A stretch of DNA of 64,000 bases from Octopus sinensis (taxonomy: Eukaryota), in NCBI RefSeq assembly GCF_006345805.1, contig NC_043001.1, positions 63,054,001-63,118,000 on the forward strand, in the 5' to 3' direction. Below are positions 39,970-50,793 of the stretch, one piece after another (within the stretch, counting starts at the first letter, position 1; each line of letters begins with the position of its first letter). The notes below the pieces were generated by a model that saw only the letters and a program-made list of their open reading frames with translations, was not told the origin of the DNA and ran no database searches. Made by a program: the position numbers and the translations under genes.

Positions 39970-40044
39970 ACTCTTTTACTCTTTTACTTGTTTCAGCCAT
40001 CCGGCTGAGGCCATGCTGGGGCACCGCCCTTGTTGCTACCCTCT

Positions 40045-43000
40045 CTAAGTCCAGTTTGCCGTGGCTGGCCACTGATCTAAGAGAGAGTTTGTAGCTGCTG
40101 CCCTTAGGTTACCTTCGTACCTTGCAGTGGGTTCATCTGGGATCCCGGAAAGCAGCTTGTCTAGATGTTTTTTGAAAATGTCCACATCCGCATCATGTAG
40201 ATCTCTTAGTTTTCTTGGCAGTTTGTTGAACAGCTGAGGGCCCCTGAACCCCAGGCTATTACAGTATCTGCTCCTTACCCTGGATGTGGAAGACGGGACC
40301 TTTGGCACCACACAGTGACGACCTGTACGGGGATTGGAACAGCTCTCAATTCCAAAATTTGGTGCTAGTCCCTCCAGGATTTTCCATATGTATATCACTG
40401 CATATCTCTCTCGTCTTCGTTCCAAGGAGTACAAATTGAGTTCCCTAAGCCTCTCCCAATAGTTTTTTTTTTTCATGGTGGAAATCCTCTTGGTGAAATG
40501 TCTTTGGATTGTCTCAAGCTCTGTGGTTAGTTTGACACTATGCGGTGACCACAGTTGGGAGCAGTAGTCTAGGCGGCTTAGGACAAATGTCCTCCATAGT
40601 GTCAACATGGTCTCGCAGTCTCTTGTCCGGAATGTCCTCAGGATCCAGCCAGTGAGTCGTCTGCACATTGTCGCCACCTTCGCGATGTGTGAAGAAAAAG
40701 ATGCATCGTCACTCATGTCTATCCCCAGGTCCCGTATTGATTTCGATACTGGGATTTCGATCCCTCCTGGACCAGTATAGTTGTGTTGTAATGTATATGT
40801 GTTTACAGCTTGATATTGTAAGGCTTGAAATTTACCAGCATTAAATTGCATGTTGTCTTCAGCCCATTTGTATATGGCATCCAGATCTTGTTGTAAAAGG
40901 TCAGCATCAGCTGGGTTTTTAATTGCCTGTGCTACCTTTGTGTCATCAGCATAGCTAGTGAGGGATGTTGTTTGTGCTACCAAGGGCATGTCAGAGAGCG
41001 CCACCAAAAACAGCAAGGGTCCCAAGACTGTGCCCTGTGGCACCCCGCTTGCTATTGGTGTCTTTCCCGAGAGGGCTCCATTGGCTGCAACCATCTGGCT
41101 TCTGTCCTTCAGGAAGTCATGTATCCACTCACCTACTTTTCCTGTTATGCCGAGTCTGAGTAATTTGTGACATATACTCCGTGGTCGACTTTGTCAAAGG
41201 CCTTCGCAAAGTCGAGATATACCACATCCACCTGTGAGCGATCCAGTAGTTGTTTCAGTACCCAGTCGTAGTGTTGTAACAGCTGCGTAAGGCAGCTTCT
41301 TCCTGGGCGAAAGCCATGCTGTGTGTCAGTGAGACGGTTAGTTTCTTCGAGGAACGTGATCAGTTTTTTTCTGATGATTCGTTCCATGACCTTACTTATG
41401 TGTGACGTCAGGGAGACTGGCCTGTAGTTTTTGGCCTCTGCTCTACTCCCTCCTTTGTGGATAGGGCATATGGTGCCTTCTTTTAGCGCCCTGGGCAGTT
41501 TCCGTTAGCCAAGGAACCACTGAAGAGCATCTTCAGTGGTCCCGCTAGGGCATGCCTGCATGTTTTTAGGAGGACTGCTGGGAATCCATCTGGTCCAGCA
41601 GCTGAGTTTATTCTCATTTCTTCTATGGCAGATATTACATCCCTCTCTGTTATGTCTATGTGGTCGATGGTTGTTGTTTGGTTTTGGAGTGTTGTGGCAT
41701 CAAAGAAAACTTCTGGGTTTGTGATTTGCATGTGCCCCAGAGGGGATGTGAACACACTTTTATACTGTTCCTTTAGTATTTCACTTATCCCTTGGGGGTC
41801 CTCAGTTAGAGAGCCCTTTTTATCAAAGAGTGGGCCAATCTTGCAGTGTACCGAGGTGGTTTCTTTCGCAAATTTAAAGAAAGCTTTAGGGTTTGTTTTA
41901 ATATTCTCTATGGCCCTGGCTTCTCTCTCTGCCCTCTCCTTCTCATAGGAAAGTTGAGTGCAGTTTCCGTTTCAAAAGTTTCAGGTGGAGTCCCTTATTG
42001 TTTCTCTGCCGTGCATTCAGTTGCTTCGAGAGCTTAGCTCTTCGCCTCATAAGTATTTTCCTGTCTCTGGAATAACGTTCCTATGCCGCTGGCTTTTTTC
42101 TCCGGGACAAACTTATGGCATATGTTCTGTATTGTTGTCATGAAATGTTGGAAATGTGTGTTGGTCTCTTGTGTGGTGATGAAGTCACTCCAGTCATGTT
42201 TTCGGATCTCTTCGTTGATCTTCTTCCAGTTTGCCTTATGGAAGTTTAGACTGGATAGGCCTGTGGTATTTCTAATGGCTGCGTCTCAACTAACTCTCTC
42301 ATACCATATATCATTACCTCTACTAGTTGTGATCTGAGAGAATTGTAGGTGTTACCATTATGTTGTGGATGAGCATCGGGTTGCTTGTGAAACAGAGGTC
42401 CAAGACATTCTCACCTCTTGTTGGCCGAAGCACTGCTTGTTCCATGAAAAACTTGCGTGTGAGAGCCAACAAGGACTCTGTCTGTCTCTGTTCAAGTGAT
42501 GTCATTCCAGGGAGAAGATGGCCATCTGGCCATTTGACTTTCGGAAGGTTAAAATCTCCCAGCAGTAGAATGGTGTTACCCTGGTCCAGTTTGTCCAGGA
42601 CTTCTTCTATTCTTCTGAGGCTATCTTCAAACACTCCTTCATGACTAGGGGTGTCTGGTGGCCGATATGTGACACATATTACTATTTTCGGTTGTTTCAT
42701 GTGTACTATCAGTGGTCACAGACTGAGTTTGAGTGTGTCAACAGTACTATGGGTGTGACATCTTCACGGACGTACAGGGCAACCCCACCATGAGTTCTTC
42801 CTTCCTGTCTGACCGAAAAACAGTATACTTGGTACGTGTATTTCTGCATCTGCTATACTGCTTGACAGGTGCGTTTCAGTCAGCGCTATGCATATTGCAT
42901 GGTTGCTTGTGCTTAAGTCCCTAAGGTAAGGAATTTTACTCATTTAGTGGGTTTCACCAGACCTCTGACATTCAGCAGAAGCACTGGTGAGATATTTGGG
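40045..43000 (-). pseudogene. LINE ORF2 (APE endonuclease + RT), split by several frameshifts
   Basis: [88 protein letters not shown]. Confidence 0.93.
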
Positions 43001-43149
43001 GTGTCAATAAAGGCTGTCGGTGTGGCACCTGGGCTGGTGTCAGCAGTGGCCACCTGGGTCCCTTGATTGTGGTGGTCTTGAGTGCTGTTGTGAGTGCCCC
43101 TGGCTCTGAAGACGATGTATCCAGGCCAGTTGTCCCACAATTTTCTCTG

Positions 43150-43923
43150 CTATTTCCAAAAATTTCTTTGTTCTGCTGCCGCCGTCTGCATTTCCTCTGC
43201 AAATGTGCGCCTTCTCCTTGTTGGGGCATTCCGTACTATGTCTGCATATTTCTGGGGCAGCTTGAATTTGTTCTGGTTTTGGTTTCGGTCTTGGTTTTGG
43301 TTAAGGCATTTTGGTCGAGTGGGTTTGATGCAATTTCCATAGGGCCTGGGATGAGCGAACCTGCATCCTTCCCCTGTTTCTCCATGCCAGCAGGTTCCAT
43401 TCCGGAAGAATTTGCATGTTATCTGGGTTTTCTTGTCCCCAGTTCCTCTCTGTTTTTTCTTCCTCCGTTGGACGGTTGTCCACTGGTTCCTTTCTGCATA
43501 GGTATTTTCATCCGGGTGGTTATTTTCCGTTTCCCCATCGCCGCCTATCTGTTGTTTGCCCTGCTTGCCTTCTTCGACTGTGGCTGTGGGTGTGTCATTT
43601 TTTGACACTCTGTGGTTGGTGTTTCCTGTTTCCATCTCTCTCTCTTTGTCTTTATCCACCTTGAGGACTTGGCTTAGCAAAGCCATGTGTGGTGCAATGA
43701 GAGTGTAGGCCCTTTCAACTTCTCTTTTCTTCCTCTCTACCTGCGCCAACGTCCTCATAAAGCCATGGCTTTTCAGGGTCGCCACTATGTTTTTAGTTGG
43801 TTGCGATCTGTCGGCCGAGGTCCATCCTCTGATGAAAACTTCCAGCTCTACTTTCGTCCAGTTACGCTGGCTTTTGTTGACGCCAGTGTTTGCATTTACC
43901 TCTAATTTTTGCATGTTGTCCAT
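43150..43923 (-). CDS. LINE ORF1-like protein with Myb/SANT-like trihelix and CCCH finger
   Basis: 257-aa open frame; WTKVELEVFIRGW..IVATLKSHGFMRTLAQVERKKREVERAY; WTTVQRRKKK; CKFFRNGTCWHGETGEGCRFAHP. Confidence 0.75.
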   Translation of the reverse strand: MDNMQKLEVNANTGVNKSQRNWTKVELEVFIRGWTSADRSQPTKNIVATLKSHGFMRTLAQVERKKREVERAYTLIAPHMALLSQVLKVDKDKEREMETGNTNHRVSKNDTPTATVEEGKQGKQQIGGDGETENNHPDENTYAERNQWTTVQRRKKKQRGTGDKKTQITCKFFRNGTCWHGETGEGCRFAHPRPYGNCIKPTRPKCLNQNQDRNQNQNKFKLPQKYADIVRNAPTRRRRTFAEEMQTAAAEQRNFWK

Positions 43924-44736
43924 TCCGTTGTAGCGGGGAGAGAGAGAAGCTGTGAGGGAAAAAGGGAGAAGGGAGGAGAGATGAAGAGATTGTGAGGAAG
44001 GGAGGGTGAGAGAGAGGAAAAGAAGACTGTTTTGGGGAAAGAGAGAGAGGGTGAGAGAGAGGCAGGGAAGGAAAGCGAGAGAGGGCGAGAGAGATAGAGA
44101 AAGGGGGTCTGAAGGAAAGAAAAAGAGAGAGATTGGGAGGGAGGGAGTGAGTTCGTGAGGGAAAGAGAAAGGGATAGTGAAAAGGAAGGAGAAAGGGAGA
44201 GTGAGGAGAGAGAGGGGGGAGAGATAGTGTGATGGAACGAGCGAGAGAGGGGGGGAGAAAGAGGTAGTGCAGGAAAGCGAGAGAAAAGATTACGAGGGAG
44301 AGATAGAGGGGCAGAGAGGCTGTGAAAGAAAGAGAGAGAAAGAGATTTTGAGAGAGGGAGAGAGTGTGAGAATGCAAGAGAAGGAATAGCTACAATATGT
44401 TACATATACACACATACTTACATATATAGATATAGATAAAAGTAAAAATATCCATTCATCACAGATATGTACAACCTGTAAACATCGACACTTGTTGTCA
44501 CGGAATTTACCGTTCTAAATATATAACACACGCGCACGATAGCGAAAGATAAGAAAACAGTTTTAAAGGTATATCTCGCAAGATCAATTTCTCCAATACA
44601 CGCGATACATATATATATATATATACATATATATACACGCATACACACATATATCAACAGAATAATTAATCAATTAGATCGAAACCTGTACGAAAGCACT
44701 TACATACACAGATATCTAAATTAATTAATTAGGAAA

Positions 44737-45103
44737 ACCAATAGCACAAAAAACACAAATAACCACACGATACAATAAGCAAAGCAATAGTAAACAATAC
44801 ACTCGACGCACAAATAGAGTAGATAAACAGATAAGCCGCTCTGAATCAAAACGTACTGAAGTCGAAAACGAAAACAAACACGCGTGCGTTTTCATATGAG
44901 GAAAAATGTTATACCAAAAGACCAATAGCACAAAAACACAAATAAACACACGACGTATATACAGCAATACAATAAGCAAAGCAATAGTAAACAATACACT
45001 CGACGCACAAATAGAGTAAATAAATAGATAAGCCGCTCTGAATCAAAACGTACTGAAATCGAAAATAAACACGCGTGCGTTTTCAAACGAGGAAAAATGT
45101 TAT
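44737..45103. repeat. Two tandem CpG-rich units of about 180 bp
   Basis: CCAATAGCACAAAAA.. starts at 44738 and 44922; shared AAGCCGCTCTGAATCAAAACGTACTGAA and ACACGCGTGCGTTTTCA. Confidence 0.9.
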
Positions 45104-45262
45104 CAATTTTCATGAAAAGATGTCAAATATATCAAAAAAAGTTGTCTTAATATGTTACGTTAATAAAAATATACTTATCGTAAAGTTTCACTAGCAGAAC
45201 GCAGAGGATTCGTTTGGATTTTGGATTCTTTGAAGAGAGAGAAGGAAAACACCGCCGTTTCC

Positions 45263-45552
45263 CATATATTTATATGTGTATATATATATATATATGTATG
45301 TATATATTTATGTGTATATATATATGTATATATTTATATGTGTATATATATATGTATATATTTATGTGTGTATATATATATGTATATATTTATATGTGTG
45401 TGTGTATATATATATGTGTGTATATATATATGTGTGTATATATATATATGTGTATATATATGTGTGTGTATATATATATGTGTGTGTATATATATATGTG
45501 TGTGTATATATATATATGTGTGTATATATATATGTGTGTATATATATATATA

Positions 45553-45583
<31 letters not shown>

Positions 45584-45659
45584 GTGTGTGTATATGTATA
45601 TATGTGTGTATATATATATGTGTATATATATATATATGTGTGTATATATATATGTGTAT

Positions 45660-45714
<55 letters not shown>

Positions 45715-45948
45715 TGTATGTATATATATATATGTATGTATATATTGTGTATGTATGTATATATATATATGTGTATGTATATATATGTATGTATATATAT
45801 GTATATATATATATGTATATATTTGTGTATATATATTTATGTGTATATGTATATATATATGTATGTATATATTTATATGTGTATTATATATATAGTATAT
45901 ATTTATGTGATATATATATATATTGTATATATTTATGTGTGTGTGTGT

Positions 45949-45980
<32 letters not shown>

Positions 45981-46055
45981 TATTTATATATATATTATAT
46001 ATATTATATTCATATTTATGAATATATATATATATAATATATATATATTCATATT

Positions 46056-46086
<31 letters not shown>

Positions 46087-46138
46087 TATCATATTTATGT
46101 GTATATATATATATATATATATATTATATATTCATATT

Positions 46139-46186
<48 letters not shown>

Positions 46187-46590
46187 TATTTATGTGTATA
46201 TATATTATATAATATATATTCATATTTATGTATATATATATATATATAATATTTATTATAATACAAGGAGCTTCTACAGGACTAGAACTGTTTCATTCAA
46301 GAGAAATCTTCAGGAGCTTCCTGAAGATTTCTCTTGAATGAAACAGTTCTAGTCCTGTAGAAGCTCCTTCTATATAAAAATTAATTTTACTCTACTATGT
46401 ATTGAGTACCTTATTTACTGTGGTTAACCCCGAATCAACCCGGGACCTACATATATATATATATATATATATATTCATATTTATGTATATATATATATAT
46501 ATATTCATTTTTATGTATATATATATATATATATATTCATATTTATGTATATATATATATATATATTCATTTTTATGTATATATATATAT
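45263..46590. repeat. Compound (TA)/(TG) microsatellite with an insert at 46250-46450
   Basis: Read directly. Confidence 0.95.
46265..46369. repeat. Perfect palindrome, 51-bp arms and 3-nt loop, with hammerhead core remnants
   Basis: AAGGAGCTTC..TCTTCAGGA-GCT-TCCTGAAGA..GAAGCTCCTT; each strand has CTGAAGA..GAAACAGTT. Confidence 0.9.
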
Positions 46591-47892
46591 ATCATCATCA
46601 TCATCATCGTCGTTTAACGTCCGTTCTCCATGCTAGCATGGGTTGGACGGTTCGACCGGGGTTCTGGGAAGCCAGAAGGCTGCACCAGGCTCCAGTCTAA
46701 TTTGGCAATGTTTCTACAGCTGGATGCCCTTCCTAACGCCAACCACTCCGTGAGTGTAGTGGGTGCTTTTTACGTGCCACCTGCACAGGTGCCAGGCGGG
46801 GCTGGCAACGGCCACGGTCAGGTTGGTGTTTTATGTGCCACCGGCACGGAAGCCAGTCGAGGCGGTGCTGGCATCGGCCACGAGTCGGATAGTGCTTTTT
46901 ACGTACCACCAGACCAGGGATCCTGGCTGGTTCAATTCGATTTCGATTTCGCTTGCCCCAACATGTCTTCACAAGCAAAGGGGGGGGGCAAGGTGCCTGT
47001 CGTACGGTCACATTGGAGTATTTTACGTGCCACGGCCACGAGTCGGATAGTGCTTTTTACGTACCACCAGACCAGGGATCCTGGCTGGTTCAATTCGATT
47101 TCGATTTCGCTTGCCCCAACATGTCTTCACAAGCAAAGGGGGTTGGCATGGGTGCCTGTCGTACGGTCGCATTGGAGTATTTTACGTGCCACGGCCCCGA
47201 GTCGGATAGTGCTTTTTACGTACCACCAGGCCAGGGATCCTGGCTGGTTCAATTCGGTTTCGATTTCGATTTCCCCAACATGTCTTCGCAAGCATGGGGG
47301 GTTGGGATGGGTGTCTGTCGTCGGATGAGGTTCTATATCGACTTCGCTTGCCTCAACCGGTCTTTGTGTCCAAGGGAGGAAAGGCATTCATAAGTGGGCT
47401 GGGCTCACTTGTCCTGCCTGGTCTTCTCACGTACAGAATATTTCCAAAGGTCTCGGTCTCTGGTCATTTCCTCAGTGAGGCCTAAAGTTCGAAGGTCGTG
47501 CTTCACCACCTCGTCCCAGGTTTTCCTGGGTCTACCTCTTCCACGGGTTCCCTCAACTGCTAGGGATTGGCACTTTCTCACACACCTATCTTCATCCATT
47601 CTCGCCACATGACCATACCAGCGCAATCGTCTCTCTTGCACACCACAACTGATGCTTCTTAGGTACAACATTTCTCTCAAGGCTAACGCTCTGTCGAGTA
47701 TGTACACTGACATTACACATCCATCGGAGCATACTGACTTCATTCCTCACGAGCTTACGCATGTCCTCAGCAGTCACAGCCCATGTTTCGCTGCCATGTA
47801 GCATGGCTGTTCGTACACACGCATCATACAGTCTGCCTTTTACTCTGAGCGAGAGGCCTTTAGTCACCAGCAGAGGTAAGAGCTCCCTAAAC
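46591..47892 (-). mobile_element. Young RTE LINE 3' part, cut by the gap
   Basis: FRELLPLL..KGRLYDACVRTAMLHGSETW, RRLRWYGHVARM..GTRGRGRPRKTW; 3' UTR with three tandem units of 158-159 bp (46882, 47040, 47199); (GAT)n tail; CpGs retained. Confidence 0.93.
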
Positions 47893-47992
47893 NNNNNNNN
47901 NNNNNNNNNNNNNNNNNNNNNNNNNNNNNNNNNNNNNNNNNNNNNNNNNNNNNNNNNNNNNNNNNNNNNNNNNNNNNNNNNNNNNNNNNNNN
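47893..47992. other. Assembly gap (100 N)
   Basis: Exactly 100 N; different elements on each side. Confidence 0.99.
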
Positions 47993-48139
47993 TGAGGGCA
48001 GCTGCATCGAACTCTCTCATGCACCAAATAGCAGTTGCTAGAAAGCCTCCATGAAGTAAAACCAAGTAACAACACCAAATGGCGGTGCCCCAGCATGGCC
48101 ACAGCCCATAGGCTGGAACTGGAATCAATCAATCAATCA
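47993..48139 (+). mobile_element. CR1-group LINE 3' end (further copies at 49842-49947 + and 50315-50422 -)
   Basis: RAAASNSL end, GCTAGAAAGCCTCCATGAAG..GGCGGTGCCCCAGCATGGCCACAGC, (AATC)n tail. Confidence 0.85.
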
Positions 48140-50512
48140 ATATATATATACATATATACACATATATATATACATATATACACATATATACATACATATA
48201 TACACATATATACATACATATATACACATATATACATATATACACATATATACATATATACACATATATACATATATACACATATACATATACATACATA
48301 TACATATACATATATACACATATACACATACATATATACACATATACACATACATATATACACATATACACATACATATATACACATATATATATACATA
48401 TATACACATATATATATACATATATACACATATATACACATATATATATATACATATATACACATATATATACATATATGTATATGTACATATATGTATA
48501 TGTACATATGTATGTATATGTACATATGTATGTATATGTACATATGTATGTATATGTACATATGTATGTATATGTACATATGTATGTATATGTACATATG
48601 TATGTATATGTACATATGTATGTATATGTACATATGTATGTATATGTACATATGTATGTATATGTACATATGTATGTATAAGTACATATGTATGTATACG
48701 TACATATGTATGTATACGTACATATGTATGTATACGTACATATGTATGTATACGTACATATGTATGTATACGTACATATGTATGTATACGTACATATGTA
48801 TGTATACGTACATATGTATGTATACGTACATATATATGTATATATGTACATATATATATATATGTACATATATATGTATATGTACATATATATGTATATG
48901 TACATAATATGTATATGTACATATATATGTATATGTACATATATATATAATGTATACATATATATATATATGTAATATATATAATATGTACATATATATA
49001 TATAATGTACATTATATATATATATATGTACATATATATATATATATATGTACATATATATATATATATATGTACATATATTATATATAATGTACATATA
49101 TATATATATATATGTACATATATATATATATTACATATATATATATATATATATGTACATATATATATATAGTACATATATATATATATATATGTACATA
49201 TATATATATATGTACATATATATTATATATTATATATATGTGTGACATATATATATTTATATACTGTACATTATATATATATATATATGTACATATATAT
49301 AATATATATATATGTACATATATATATATATATACATGTATATATATATATATATACATGTACATATATATATATAGTACATATATATAATATATAGTAT
49401 GTACATATATATATATATATATGTACATATATATTTATATATATATATGTAACATATATATTTATATATATATATGTACATATATATATATATATGACAT
49501 ATATATATATATGTACATATATATATATATATGTACATATTATATATATATATGTACATATATATATATATGTACATATATATATATATAGTACATATAT
49601 ATATATATGTACATATATATATATATATATATATGTACATATATATATATATATATATATGTAATATATATATATATATGTACATATATATATATATATA
49701 TTATGTTATATTATATATATATATGTACATATATATATATATATATGTACATATATATATAATATATTATATGTACTATATATATATATATATATATGTA
49801 CATATATATATATATATATATGTACATATATATATTATATGTGCTAGAAAGCCTCCATGAAGTGAAACCAAGAAGCAACACCAAATGGCGGTGCCCCAGC
49901 ATGGCCACAGCTCATAAGCTGAAACTAGAATCAATCAATCAATCAATCATATGTACAATATATATATATATATGTACATATATATTATAATATGTACATA
50001 TATATATATATATGTACATATATATATATATATATGTACATATATATGTACATATATATATATATATTACATATATATATATATATGTACATATATATAT
50101 ATATATATATATGTACATATATATGTACATATATAGATATATATATATGTACATATATATGTACATATATATATATATATATATGTACATATATATATAT
50201 GTACATATATATATATATATGTACATATATATATATATATGTACATATATATATATATATATGTACATATATATATATACATATATATATATATATGTAT
50301 ATATATAGTACATATGATTGATTGATTGATTGATTCTAGTTTCAGCTTATGAGCTGTGGCCATGCTGGGGCACCGCCATTTGGTGTTGCTTCTTGGTTCA
50401 CTTCATGGAGGCTTTCTAGCAACATAATATTATATGTACATATATATTATATATATATATGTACATATATATATATATATATATATATGTACATATATAA
50501 TATATATATATA

Positions 50513-50552
<40 letters not shown>

Positions 50553-50698
50553 TATATATATATATATATATATGTACATATTATATATATATATATATAT
50601 ATATATGTACATATATATATATATATTGTACATATATATGTACATATATATATGTACATATATATATATGTACATATATATATATATATGTACATATG
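48140..50698. repeat. Compound microsatellite block including a 14-bp unit array (TATATGTACATATG / TATACGTACATATG, 48478-48830)
   Basis: Read directly. Confidence 0.95.
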
Positions 50699-50793
50699 TG
50701 GAATGGCCTGGGGGGGGGCAGATACTCCCAGGGATGACACCCCATCAGCAGGCACAGGTGTAGTCCCTGCTCCATCTCACAAATGCGTCTTTC

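Larger units (their letters stand above)
39970..45262 (-). mobile_element. Near full-length CR1-group LINE (ORF1 + ORF2); 5' boundary (44400 or 45262) uncertain
   Basis: 3' tail (GTAAAAGA)n at 39970, ORF2 pieces 40045-43000, ORF1 43150-43923, pyrimidine-rich leader, CpG-rich upstream segment. Confidence 0.9.

Noticed and set aside
46730-47350. Repeat-spacer-like pattern reminiscent of CRISPR
   Set aside because: Eukaryotic RTE 3' UTR tandem units; intervening sequences are themselves repeated and no cas genes are present.
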